DNA from: an uncultured delta proteobacterium
Lineage (GTDB): Bacteria > Desulfobacterota > Desulfomonilia > UBA1062
NCBI GenBank assembly: GCA_963798485.1
Contig: CAWCTR010000017.1
Span: 224,001 to 288,000 of the forward strand
DNA: 64,000 nucleotides
Direction: 5' to 3'
Below are positions 38,150 to 48,413 of this stretch, piece by piece. A program made the translations under genes and the position numbers. The number at the start of each line of letters is the position of its first letter. Position 1 is the stretch's first letter. The notes below the pieces were generated by a model. The model did no database searches. It was not told where the DNA came from and saw nothing but the letters and a program-made list of their open reading frames with translations.

Positions 38150-39016
38150 GTGAAAACGTATGAAAAGGTTGTGGACGGTTTCAGATTCTTGCCGCCTACC
38201 TTGCGCGTCTTGCTGAAAAAAGAGATCCCTGAGACTGAGTACACAGGAGATATCCCCTGGACCCCGCTGACCAAGCCGGCTTCACAAACCATTTTTTCCC
38301 TCATGACGTCGGCCGGTGTTAGCCTGAAGACAGACCTGCCCTTCGACATGGCCCGCGAGAAGCAAGAGCCATTCTGGGGCGACCCCACGCACCGGGAGAT
38401 TCCCCGAGACACATCACAAGACCTGATTGATGCGAACCACCTCCATGTCGATACCAGCTTCATGGAGGAAGATATGAATGTGATCCTGCCGCTTGCACGG
38501 TTTGCTGAGTTCGAGAAGGAGGGCGTGATAGGAAGGCTTGCACCGAGTAGCTATTCGTTTTACGGATACCAGCACGATTTCACGTTTCTTCTGGACAAGA
38601 CCATGCCCAAGGTAGCCTCACATATGCATGATGAGGGGGTGGAAGCCGTCGTGCTCACCCCTGCGTGCCCCTTGTGCTGCCGGTCCGTGGGGCTTGTCGC
38701 AAGATACCTCGAGGCACAGGGCTTTTCCACGATATGTCTTACCATGATCCCGGAATTCCACCGGCAGATCGGCATCCCACGGGTGGCGGCCATTGAACAC
38801 CCCTTCGGAAGGCCGGTGGGCCAGGTACACGATGTGATGGGCCAGCGGCAGGTCCTTCGAGAGATGATTGCCTGCCTGGAAAAGATCAATAAGCCGGGCG
38901 GAATATGCCACCTGCCGTTTACCTGGCCGGAAGAGCCGAAGGAAACCAAATGGCACCCACCTGAGATCTCTCCGATTCTTAAATTCTTCAAAGATGAGAT
39001 CTTAGAAGGTACGTAA
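38150..39016 (+). CDS. GrdB/PrdB-like reductase component B family protein (Cys form)
   Basis: TSAGV, GDPTHR, DMNVILP and TPACPLCCRSVGLVARYLEAQG motifs; GTG38150 with GAGGTG RBS. Confidence 0.75.
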   Translation: MKTYEKVVDGFRFLPPTLRVLLKKEIPETEYTGDIPWTPLTKPASQTIFSLMTSAGVSLKTDLPFDMAREKQEPFWGDPTHREIPRDTSQDLIDANHLHVDTSFMEEDMNVILPLARFAEFEKEGVIGRLAPSSYSFYGYQHDFTFLLDKTMPKVASHMHDEGVEAVVLTPACPLCCRSVGLVARYLEAQGFSTICLTMIPEFHRQIGIPRVAAIEHPFGRPVGQVHDVMGQRQVLREMIACLEKINKPGGICHLPFTWPEEPKETKWHPPEISPILKFFKDEILEGT

Positions 39017-39040
39017 GCAGGAAAGGAAATAATTGTGCTG

Positions 39041-39208
39041 CTACGATCCTTTGGCCTTCAGCTTCGCTTCTATGAGCTGGGAATGGGAGAGGCGGAGCAG
39101 AACGGCAAGACTGTGAACCAGCTGGTCTTCGTGACCATCGAGCCTGCCGTCTGCATAGATCACCTTCCAGACAAGCTCTGTCACGCGATATTTATACTGG
39201 CCATCCAC
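39041..39208 (-). pseudogene. C-terminal remnant of a TerB-family protein
   Basis: ELVWKVIYADGRLDGHEDQLVHSLAVLLRLSHSQLIEAKLKA*; N-terminal part absent. Confidence 0.65.
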
Positions 39209-39246
39209 CTGTGAATTCGGGTAAAGGAAAGAAAGAGGAGACGCCT

Positions 39247-40446
39247 ATGAAGCGAAGAGACTTTCTGAAAGCGGCAGTAGGTGTATCAGTAATGGCAGTA
39301 TGTCCGGTCACAGGCGGTATAGGTAAAACTCAAGTCCCTCGCAAGGGTAAGCCGCATTCACCAGGTAGTCTTGCAAAAGTCTATCTGGCAGGGGTTAACA
39401 AAGGCGCCTCTGAAAAGGCAATAAAGTCGGCTGTTAGCGAATCGGCCCGGGCAGCCACTGACTTCTCCTGGCTGTGCAAAGGCGATACGGTATTTATAAA
39501 ACCGGTTGTAAACTCGGGCAACCCTTATCCCGCCACCACCAGCCCTTTTGCCGTAGCCGCCATGGTCGAGCTCCTCAAGGAAAAGGGGGCCGGCCGGGTG
39601 ATCGTGGGGGACATGTCGGGCGTTGAGAACGTGAGGTTCTCTTCAACAGGGCTTTCCGGCAGCTCACGCAAGTTGATGGAGTCTTCCGGTATGGCTAAGG
39701 TTGTGCAGGCCGTGGGCGCTGAGCTCCATTGTTTTGAAGAAGCCGGGTGGAATGCCTTCTATGAAGACATGCCGGCCCCAGGTTCCCAATGGAAGCGGCC
39801 CCTTATGATGCCGAATATCCTCAAAGAGGCGCAGCATATAGTCCTCATGCCCCGTTGTAGTCGCCATATACTGGCTGGAAGCACTCTCGGTCTGAAGGCT
39901 GCGGTGGGATATTGGCGCCATGACACGCGCCTGGAATATCACCGGGATGCCGCCACTTTCCAGGAGAAGACCGCCGAAGGCAATACCGTTGACACCTTGC
40001 GCAAGAAACAGCGGCTTGTTATCACCGCCGCAGATAAGATACTCACCACCTTCGGTCCGGATAAGGGTTATGTCTTTGCTCCGGATAACGGCCTTATCAT
40101 CGCCTCACCCTCGGTAGTGGCCCATGATATGGTTTCGCTCGCCTGGCTCCTGGAAAACAGGCGGTCCATACCTCAGTCGCAAAAGGATGATTTTATGGAT
40201 ACCAGCACGGTTGCCCCCAGGTTTGCCAATCACATAGTAACTAGCTGGCTTGGCGGATGGGGGCCGGCTATTGCCTCTGAAACGCTTACCAAGAATGAAC
40301 TCAAAACCATCTGGGATGACCGGGTCATCACCCGTGCCTGTGAGGTCTTTGGAGGCGTGCCCGGGATTACCCTCGAACCGGTCAACAAAGCGCTACCCGA
40401 ACTGCTGAAGCAGCGTCTGGGCGGGATGATAGTCCTTCCAGCCTAG
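39247..40446 (+). CDS. DUF362-family protein with Tat signal
   Basis: MKRRDFLK; VFIKPVVN...TTSP; TLGLKAAVG. Confidence 0.8.
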   Translation: MKRRDFLKAAVGVSVMAVCPVTGGIGKTQVPRKGKPHSPGSLAKVYLAGVNKGASEKAIKSAVSESARAATDFSWLCKGDTVFIKPVVNSGNPYPATTSPFAVAAMVELLKEKGAGRVIVGDMSGVENVRFSSTGLSGSSRKLMESSGMAKVVQAVGAELHCFEEAGWNAFYEDMPAPGSQWKRPLMMPNILKEAQHIVLMPRCSRHILAGSTLGLKAAVGYWRHDTRLEYHRDAATFQEKTAEGNTVDTLRKKQRLVITAADKILTTFGPDKGYVFAPDNGLIIASPSVVAHDMVSLAWLLENRRSIPQSQKDDFMDTSTVAPRFANHIVTSWLGGWGPAIASETLTKNELKTIWDDRVITRACEVFGGVPGITLEPVNKALPELLKQRLGGMIVLPA

Positions 40447-40502
40447 ACAACAAAGAATAACCTGTTGTCCGCTCCCCCTGGCTGGTGTGAGGGGAACATG
40501 CT

Positions 40503-40525
40503 GTAGGAGCGGCTTAAGCCGCGAT
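40503..40525 (+). repeat. GTAG-type REP element
   Basis: GTAGGAGCGGCTTAAGCCGCGAT; same family as the element at 60652. Confidence 0.7.
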
Positions 40526-40548
40526 GAATTTAATAAGGCCGTTGTGCC

Positions 40549-41874
40549 TCATGGCCTGCCAATGCTGTAATAGGTGAAACCATTCGAGCGCACCTCAGAG
40601 GCATTAAGGATATTACGGCTATCAACAATCACCGGCCTTTTCAGGAGTGATTTGATACGCTTTATATCCGGGCTCTTGAACATGTTCCACTCTGTGATAA
40701 TGGCGAGGCAGTCGGCTCCATCGAGGGCCTCATAGGCATCGTCAGTATACCGGATACGATCTTGGAATATCTCGCGGGCATTGTCCATGCCCTTGGGGTC
40801 ATATGCCCTGATCTTTACTCCATGGCTCATGAGGTTGTTGATGATGTCGATGGCCGGAGACTCCCTCACATCGTCGGTCTTGGGCTTGAAGGTGAGTCCC
40901 CATATTGCAACGGTAAGGCTGCTTACATCTTCATCTTTGAAATGGTTCAGAATTCTTTCTGCGACATAGTGTTTCTGACGCTTATTTGCCCGCCACGTAG
41001 CCTCGCAGATCTCAAGGGTATGGTCGTTGCTTCTGGCTGTTGCAATAAGGGCCTGGACGTCTTTTGGAAAGCAGGAACCGCCGAAGCCGGGCCCGGCAAG
41101 CAGAAACCTGGGGCCGATGCGCTCGTCCGTTCCCATGCCTTCACGCACAAGGTCTATGTTCGCACCGAGTTTGTCGCAGAGAATGGCGAGTTCATTGATG
41201 AATGAAACCTTGGTTGCCAGGAAGCAGTTAGATGCATATTTCGTGAGCTCAGCGCTCCTTATGTCCATTACCAGGATAGGGTGGTTCGTAGTACGGGTAA
41301 AGGGGTTGTACAATTCCTTGAGGATTTCGGCCGTTCGCACGTTATCGGTACCGATAATCACCCGGTCAGGACGCATGAAATCCTGGATGGCATTGCCCTC
41401 CTTGAGAAATTCAGGATTGGATACCACGTCGAATTCTATGTTTTTCAGGCCGCGGCCACCCAGTTTTTCCCGGATGGTGGTGCGGACCTTTTCCGCAGTC
41501 CCGACGGGTACGGTGGATTTGTCCACGATGATCTTGTACTCATCGATGATATCGCCCAGCTGAGAAGCGACGGTAAGGACAGAGGAGAGGTCGGCCGATC
41601 CGTCTTTGTCCTGGGGCGTGCCGACACAGATGAAGCAGAGCAGGCTCTGGCTGACACCTTCGGTCATATCCGTGGTGAATTTTATCCGGCCTTCTTGTGC
41701 GTTACGGGCTATGATCTCCTTAAGCCCCGGCTCATAGATGGGGATCTCACCATGCAGCAATGATGAGATCTTTTCAGGGTTTTCATCCACGCAGATAATA
41801 TCATTACCCATCTCGGCCAGGCATGCCCCGGTTACTAAACCAACATAACCGCTGCCAATCATGCAAATTTTCAT
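40549..41874 (-). CDS. ugd: UDP-glucose 6-dehydrogenase
   Basis: IGSGYVG, NPEFLKEG, GFGGSCFPKD and FKPKTDDVRESP motifs. Confidence 0.95.
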   Translation of the reverse strand: MKICMIGSGYVGLVTGACLAEMGNDIICVDENPEKISSLLHGEIPIYEPGLKEIIARNAQEGRIKFTTDMTEGVSQSLLCFICVGTPQDKDGSADLSSVLTVASQLGDIIDEYKIIVDKSTVPVGTAEKVRTTIREKLGGRGLKNIEFDVVSNPEFLKEGNAIQDFMRPDRVIIGTDNVRTAEILKELYNPFTRTTNHPILVMDIRSAELTKYASNCFLATKVSFINELAILCDKLGANIDLVREGMGTDERIGPRFLLAGPGFGGSCFPKDVQALIATARSNDHTLEICEATWRANKRQKHYVAERILNHFKDEDVSSLTVAIWGLTFKPKTDDVRESPAIDIINNLMSHGVKIRAYDPKGMDNAREIFQDRIRYTDDAYEALDGADCLAIITEWNMFKSPDIKRIKSLLKRPVIVDSRNILNASEVRSNGFTYYSIGRP

Positions 41875-42164
41875 TTCTTCTCCCTAAAGAATATTGCCCA
41901 TTAATTTTTTTATGTCCTTTTACTTATGAACTTGCAAAAAGTCAAAAGGGTTGTCAGTTAATATGGAGACAAGAGGCCAGGGAATACAACTATTTCAAGA
42001 GAACATGCCGATAGATATGCTATCCCTTGACAATACTAAAAAGTAACAAATGACAAGCTCAGTGAAAAAATCATGAATGATATGGACTCTATCTGCCTGT
42101 GCGCTATCAAGCATATCTCCACTCATGTATGCGCATGATCCCTAATCCCTAATCAGATGGGTGG

Positions 42165-42623
42165 TCAAGGCATTTCGAATTCCGTATCCGGATGCCTTAC
42201 TGAGAGTACGGGGCAGGGGGCCTTCTTGACGATCTTTTCTGCCGTGTGTCCAAAAAGCACTTGTTTGAGCCCTGTGCGGCCATGGGATCCGACCACGATG
42301 AGATCTATCTGATCGTTTCGGGCGAACTGAATGATCTCGTAGAAGGGGACTCCATGTAGGATATAGGTATCACAGTGCATTTCGTTCGGTACGATCGTAC
42401 TAACCATCTCTTCAAGCTTGGTTGATGCATTCTGCTCGAATTCAAGATAGAGTTGCGGGAGGATGGCTGGGCTAAGGGTGTATTCAGAGAACTCTGTGAA
42501 GTCCTGTAAGACATGCGCGAGATAGAGCCTCGCTCGGAACAACTTGTTCAGATCTACTGCAAAACTGAATGCATACTGGGAAGTAATACTGAAGTCGGTA
42601 GGTATGAGTATTTTATTTATCAT
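42165..42623 (-). CDS. Universal stress protein
   Basis: ILIPTDFS and DLIVVGSHGRTG...GHTAEKIVKKAPCPVL. Confidence 0.92.
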   Translation of the reverse strand: MINKILIPTDFSITSQYAFSFAVDLNKLFRARLYLAHVLQDFTEFSEYTLSPAILPQLYLEFEQNASTKLEEMVSTIVPNEMHCDTYILHGVPFYEIIQFARNDQIDLIVVGSHGRTGLKQVLFGHTAEKIVKKAPCPVLSVRHPDTEFEMP

Positions 42624-42708
42624 GATGTAAGAAATTAACTTTGATTTCGCATTTGTCAATACAGCGATTCTTGCCATTATCCCCCCAACCCTGTATATGA
42701 GGCCTCAG

Positions 42709-43278
42709 ATGAAGCTTTCTGTACATATTCTTGCATGTATAATCCTCCTGGCCGGTTGCGCTCATATGGAGGTGCCGGTACAAAAGGTATATCCATTCCG
42801 CGCCGAGTTCATTGCACAGGGGAACATTCAAGGTAAGAATATGAGTGTGAGCGGCGCTATATATCTCACCTCCAGCAAGACAGGCATTATTCAGACCTAC
42901 CTTCCCGGTGGTATGCCGTCCAACACGATCGACATCCAGGAGGATAAGCTCGTCATCAAGGATCTATGGGGTAGAGAGATGGACATGATAAAACTTCCGA
43001 TAAGTGGGGTATCAGGCCTGATTGCCGGTGACATGCCCTCACAGAGGTACCTGTATAAACAAAAGATCCCGGGCGGAATGAAGGTTGTATATACGTGGGG
43101 GGTCTTACGGGTTAATGATGCCACTCTCCCTACGGAAGTTCATGTGCCAAGTGTCGTGGCGCTTGATCTTTTCTTCAAGCCTGCTGGAAAAAATGTTACT
43201 ATGGAAGTGAACTATGGAAAGGATGTTATATCGATTTTGTTTATGGTCAAACAAGGGGGAAGGTGGGCCTCATCATGA
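42709..43278 (+). CDS. Hypothetical lipoprotein
   Basis: Lipobox LAGC; beta-rich sequence. Confidence 0.65.
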   Translation: MKLSVHILACIILLAGCAHMEVPVQKVYPFRAEFIAQGNIQGKNMSVSGAIYLTSSKTGIIQTYLPGGMPSNTIDIQEDKLVIKDLWGREMDMIKLPISGVSGLIAGDMPSQRYLYKQKIPGGMKVVYTWGVLRVNDATLPTEVHVPSVVALDLFFKPAGKNVTMEVNYGKDVISILFMVKQGGRWASS

Positions 43279-43312
43279 AGGGCAATGATAAATAAAGGGG
43301 AGATCTGTATCC

Positions 43313-43645
43313 ATGTTTATAGTCAAGTGTCAGACTTGCGGCAAAAAAACGGTGTGGGATGACTTCCAGCCCACTGACATACGGTGCGGCAAATGTGGAG
43401 AGCGCCTGAATGTTCATAAAGAACTAAAGAGAAACATCAGCGCAAGGGAACAGGGAGAGGTCGGAATAATACATTACTGCCCGCGTTGCAGGGGTATTGT
43501 CCGGCGCAGGTGGTTTATTAAGTGCCCTCACTGCAACTATTGGCTCTTGGGCCCATTTTCATTTTACGATAAATTGGCAATTACCCTGTTGATCGGCGTG
43601 GCATATATCATCTTCTCCGTCATCTACCTTGTCTATTTCCACTAA
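43313..43645 (+). CDS. Double zinc-ribbon membrane protein
   Basis: Four CxxC pairs and a C-terminal TM helix. Confidence 0.7.
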   Translation: MFIVKCQTCGKKTVWDDFQPTDIRCGKCGERLNVHKELKRNISAREQGEVGIIHYCPRCRGIVRRRWFIKCPHCNYWLLGPFSFYDKLAITLLIGVAYIIFSVIYLVYFH

Positions 43646-43698
43646 GTTCATGGATCAAGGTATGCAGCGCCTAAAATATTTCTGTTTCTGATTATTAT

Positions 43699-44064
43699 AT
43701 GGGTGATTCGCACATAAGCCCTGAAAAGATTCATGCACTTGAAGAACGTATGAAGGATCTCGGGATACAAGAGAAGGACATTGAAGAAAAGTTCATCCGT
43801 TCTCAGGGCAGAGGGGGGCAGAAGGTGAACAAATCTTCCTCATGTGTATACTTGAGGCATACTCCTACCGGCATCAAGGTGAAGTGCCAGAAGGACAGGA
43901 GTCAGGCCATGAATCGATTTTTCGCGAGGCGCTTGCTTGCAGATAAGGTCGAAATTATCCTCCTCGGTAGGGATGCTTCATCAGCCCGAAACTCGGACAA
44001 GATCCGCAAACAGAAACAAAAACGTACAAAGAGGGCGCGAGAGAAGGCAAACCGGGCGCTATGA
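43699..44064 (+). CDS. ArfB/RF-1-domain peptidyl-tRNA hydrolase
   Basis: GRGGQKVNK, RSQAMNR and a basic C-terminal tail. Confidence 0.85.
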   Translation: MGDSHISPEKIHALEERMKDLGIQEKDIEEKFIRSQGRGGQKVNKSSSCVYLRHTPTGIKVKCQKDRSQAMNRFFARRLLADKVEIILLGRDASSARNSDKIRKQKQKRTKRAREKANRAL

Positions 44065-44165
44065 ACAAATCAAAGGATCCATCTTTTATCATTTAGGGTG
44101 TCTTATAGGAGAGTAATATCTTGAGATACCTCCCTTTAAGATGCCATACGTTAAGGAGATGATAT

Positions 44166-45003
44166 ATGGACAATAAAGACGGATATCTTATGGATAATCC
44201 CGACGAAGCATTAAGGCTTGATGTGAAGACTGACCCCGATGCGGTACGAAAGCAGGCGCTCCTGTGTGGAATCGGACCCGGAGCGAGGATCCTTGATGGC
44301 GGATGTGGTTCTGGGAAGACGACATCCATACTCTATGAGATGAGTCAGCCGAATGGGTTCACTATGGGTGATAGATTATTCCGAGGATCGCATTCGCTTT
44401 GCAAAAGAGCACTACGGAAAAACAAATGGTATCGGATTCTTACAACGGGATCTCAGGGGATCCCTTGCCGACCTTGGACAGTTTGATTTCATATGGATCC
44501 GGTTCGTTTTAGAACACTACCGAGAAGGGGCCATTGATATAATCAAGAACATCACAGCTTGCCTGAGACCGAATGGAAGTTTATGCCTGCTTGATCTCGA
44601 TTACAATTGCCTGAGCCACTTTCCAATGAAGCCCGAGATGGAATCGATGCTCCAGAAACTGATAGGTAAGATGATGAATAAGTTCAACTTCGATCCATTT
44701 GTGGGCAGGAAGCTCTACACCTATCTCTATGACCTCGGATACCGGCACATCGAGGTAAATCTCTTTCCCCATCACCTGATCTACGGAGAGCTCAGATCCA
44801 GTGATGACTTTAACTGGATCAAGAAGATAGAGATGGCCTCAATGAAGGCAAAGGACCTTTTTCAGGAATACCCGGGTGGTTATGATACCTTCTTCCATGA
44901 CTTCAATACATTCTTCCATGATCCGAGGAGGTTCACCTATACCCCCCTCATGATATGTACCGGGAAAAAACCGAGAAATAAATTGAAAATACCGTCTGAG
45001 TAA
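44166..45003 (+). pseudogene. Class I SAM-dependent methyltransferase with a +1 frameshift near 44370 (real or assembly error)
   Basis: LDGGCGSG (motif I) in one frame, IDYSEDRI...FDFIWIRFVLEH...LRPNG in the next. Removing one base gives a 278-aa ORF. Confidence 0.8.
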
Positions 45004-45131
45004 TATAGTATTGAAATCAAGAATATAATAGTATAGTAATATCACAAGGTGTATAGTATAATGAAGATAAACGATATCTTGATATTATTCTATATTATTC
45101 TTCATATTAAGGCATAGGGGGATTAACAACA

Positions 45132-45962
45132 GTGAGTCTGAATTATTTAAATTGGAAAGATGAGCATAAGTCAACACTAGAAACTTTTCCGAATAAGAAA
45201 GTATTGATGCTGTACACGGGAGGAAAAGACAGTTCAATCATCTTGCATTTTCTCCTTTCCGCAGGGAAAGAGTTTGGGTTTGATTTCGACACAATTGCTG
45301 CAACTTATCCGAATCAAGTTTTTCCAGATAGTGAGATAAAAGAGCTTGATACCTACTGGCGTTCAAAGAATATAGAAATCAAATGGCATAATCTGAACAC
45401 CTCCGATTCATTGCTTTCAGATGCTGAGAAGGATGGGAAAAATCCATGTTATGTTTGTCATAAGATAAAGAGGGACTACCTTTTAACCCTATTGCGTGGG
45501 ATTGAACAACAAAATAAAGATATTATCATTATTTTAAGTTTTACCCTATGGGATCTCGTAAGCTATACGGTTGAATATCTGGTGGGCGGAATTTACAGCC
45601 AGAAAAGCAATAATGAAAATCATAATGAAAAATCTCCTGAACAGAGATTTATCGAAACATCTCAACGTTTCTATCCGGTTATACAATTGAAAGATGACCT
45701 TACAATCTTCAAGCCTCTGCTGAAGTATAATGACAACGAAATATCGAAAATAGTAACCGAAGAGAAGATCCCCTTATCACGTGCAGTATGCACATATAAA
45801 AGATTTACGCCGAAACGCATATTGTCTGATTACTATCATCAAATAAATGCAGATTATGATTATGATAATGTATTAAGGTATGCGAAAAGCTCCCTTAAAT
45901 TGAATGAAATATCTTATTACACGGATCTTGCTAAAGACGATTTCATAAAAAATGTGTTATAG
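45132..45962 (+). CDS. Divergent TtcA-like PP-loop ATP pyrophosphatase
   Basis: YTGGKDSS, NPCYVCHKIKR and IFKPLL motifs. Confidence 0.7.
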   Translation: MSLNYLNWKDEHKSTLETFPNKKVLMLYTGGKDSSIILHFLLSAGKEFGFDFDTIAATYPNQVFPDSEIKELDTYWRSKNIEIKWHNLNTSDSLLSDAEKDGKNPCYVCHKIKRDYLLTLLRGIEQQNKDIIIILSFTLWDLVSYTVEYLVGGIYSQKSNNENHNEKSPEQRFIETSQRFYPVIQLKDDLTIFKPLLKYNDNEISKIVTEEKIPLSRAVCTYKRFTPKRILSDYYHQINADYDYDNVLRYAKSSLKLNEISYYTDLAKDDFIKNVL

Positions 45963-46030
45963 AGAATACATGCGGGTGATTTTATGATCTGCATCTGTAT
46001 ATATGCTTTAAAGGATACGGGGGCATTGCT

Positions 46031-48109
46031 ATGGAAGGCATTGATATTTCGAATGGGAAGATGTCACAGGTCATTCTGTTTAAGCGATCTGATCTGAAAA
46101 AATCAATAATTTCGAAATCAACGATCAACCAGAGAAATTTCATCAACTTTTTCAACTTCAGGAAATTTACTGATGGGCAATTGTTTGCTATCATGATTTA
46201 CCCTCTTACGAAAGAGGAGTTTCTATTCAAGGTAATACCTGGTTCGTGCATAGGATCAGAAGTAACCTTATCCCTGTCTGAAGGATCGAATCTGAAATTC
46301 GAAGGTTTTCTCTTCAAAGGTCTGCTGATCGACACAGGGAAGTCGGTGATTATAATGCAAGGGGATCCGATTCTAAGCACATCTCGTGAGTTAACCATAA
46401 GACTACGGAAATCAGGGACTATCTACAATGCCCGTCAAGCCAAGAGATACCTGTGTCAAAACGTGAATGCCAGGATCTATTCCGGCAGTGGAGAATATTC
46501 TGGAACTCTCTGGGAATTTAATCCCACAGGTTTGCGCATAGATCTGCTAGACTTCAAATCCCCGGAATCCGGCCCCCATGTTTATACTGAGCTCATAAAG
46601 GTGGAGCTGAGACGTGACGACAAGCTGATATTCTCTGGTATATCCAAACTCATTCGCATTGAGAACAACGGCAAGACGGTCGTTCTCGCACCCATGAACA
46701 TCCCCCAGATACGATACAGCGAGAGAAAAAACCGCAATCCACGCTTGAACCTCGTCCCTAGACCTGATGTGAAATTTACCCACCCTTTAACCGGCAAGAG
46801 GGTTTCCTATGATATCATCAACATCAACTCTTCGGGCTTCTCCGTCATGGTGGAGTCCGATTCAACGCTCCTCATGCCGGGTATGATTATTGATGAAGCC
46901 TCCATAGAGTTTGCAGGCGGTCTTAACATAAAGTGCCCGGTGCAGGTCATTTATGGAGAAAAGAAAAGGAACAAGTTCATACAGTATGGGTTTATGATAA
47001 CTGATATTGATGTTAAATCCTATAACCATCTGTTCAATGTTATTACCAGGGCCGATGACCCCTATGCACGTGTCTCTTATGATGTGGAGATGTTATCACT
47101 CTGGGACTTTTTCTTTGAATCCGGGTTTATTTACCCGGAAAAGTATACTTGTATCGAACAGTATAAAGACGATTTCAAAAATACATATGAGAAGCTCTAC
47201 CACCATTGTCCTGATTTGTTCGCGAATCTCACCTATGAACGTAATGGGTTGATATATGGTCATGTCTCCCTGATAAAGGCATATGAAAGGTCCTGGCTCG
47301 TCAATCACCTAGCAGCGAAGCGAATGGGGCTCAAGATCACCGGGTTAAATGTCCTGAGACAGATCCTGAACTATTTTGATATCTTCTCCCGTATGCCCTC
47401 AATAGATATGAAGTATTTAATTATGTATTTCAGGCCTGACAATAATTTCCCGAATTATTTTTTCGGAGGATACTGCAGGGCTGTTGATAATCCGTCGCAC
47501 CTCTCCATGGATATCTTTGCCTATTTAACCTTGGAGGTTTCTAACTCGATTCCGGCACTGCCTGACAATTGGGCTCTTAGACAAGGGACAACTCAGGACA
47601 TCCAGGATCTGCGTTCTTCATATAAGGAACTTTCCGGCGGGCTCATGGTGGATGCCTTCTGCCTTGATGTACCAAAAATGCCTGGGGAATCTATTGAGGA
47701 CTTATATGAAAAGCATGGCCTCAGAAGGCAATGCAATATATACACGCTGTTTTACGATGATAAACCCCAGGCATACTTTGTGGCTGACCACAGCGACAAA
47801 GGAATCAATCTCTCAGATCTTATCAACAGTATAAAAGTCATCGTCCCTCATAACAGCTCGGTTCCCTGGCATGTGCTCCATGAAGCCATCTGTGAATGCA
47901 GCAGAGATTATGGCACAAAGACGATCACCATCCAGGTCTTTCCTTGCGAATACCTGGACAAGCAGGGTATCCAGTATAAAAAAAAGTATGTAATGTGGGT
48001 GCTGGACACCAAGTATTTCCATGCCAGCATTGATATAATTAAAAGCATGGCACGTTTCAGCCTTATTAAATATTTGAAGAGAACTATCAGTAATTTTATA
48101 AGAAGGTAA
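46031..48109 (+). CDS. Tandem PilZ-domain protein with C-terminal GNAT/acyltransferase-like region
   Basis: RQAKR...EFNPTG and RNPR...NINSSG PilZ-like motifs; C-terminal GHVSLIKAYERSWLVNHLAA...YFRPDN. Confidence 0.6.
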   Translation: MEGIDISNGKMSQVILFKRSDLKKSIISKSTINQRNFINFFNFRKFTDGQLFAIMIYPLTKEEFLFKVIPGSCIGSEVTLSLSEGSNLKFEGFLFKGLLIDTGKSVIIMQGDPILSTSRELTIRLRKSGTIYNARQAKRYLCQNVNARIYSGSGEYSGTLWEFNPTGLRIDLLDFKSPESGPHVYTELIKVELRRDDKLIFSGISKLIRIENNGKTVVLAPMNIPQIRYSERKNRNPRLNLVPRPDVKFTHPLTGKRVSYDIININSSGFSVMVESDSTLLMPGMIIDEASIEFAGGLNIKCPVQVIYGEKKRNKFIQYGFMITDIDVKSYNHLFNVITRADDPYARVSYDVEMLSLWDFFFESGFIYPEKYTCIEQYKDDFKNTYEKLYHHCPDLFANLTYERNGLIYGHVSLIKAYERSWLVNHLAAKRMGLKITGLNVLRQILNYFDIFSRMPSIDMKYLIMYFRPDNNFPNYFFGGYCRAVDNPSHLSMDIFAYLTLEVSNSIPALPDNWALRQGTTQDIQDLRSSYKELSGGLMVDAFCLDVPKMPGESIEDLYEKHGLRRQCNIYTLFYDDKPQAYFVADHSDKGINLSDLINSIKVIVPHNSSVPWHVLHEAICECSRDYGTKTITIQVFPCEYLDKQGIQYKKKYVMWVLDTKYFHASIDIIKSMARFSLIKYLKRTISNFIRR

Positions 48110-48413
48110 TGAATACATCTCCATTTTTCCTTTAGTGTTGTGACCATTACTTCAGGGTGAAGATCATAAATAGAGATTTGTAAGAAACTCCTGATCTTTT
48201 TTGAGGAAACTGAAATCTTACCCCGCTAAAGCACACTTTCTCCCACACCAGCATGATCAGTTCATTATGAAAGAATCACTTAATGTTTTACCCTCATAAT
48301 GACGATACTTTTAAATTAGTAAAGATATATAATTTTCTAAAAAGGATCCTGAGAGCCTATAATTTTTTTGATGTTAATAAATATATGTATCACCTGAAAG
48401 GCAGCATGAATAT

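Noticed and set aside
41925-41950. TGAACTTGCAAAAAGTC, resembling a MITE/IS terminal repeat
   Set aside because: No matching second end or transposase was found in the window.
45001-45060. Three TATAGTA copies upstream of the TtcA-like gene
   Set aside because: They are short, irregularly spaced and expected by chance in very AT-rich DNA.
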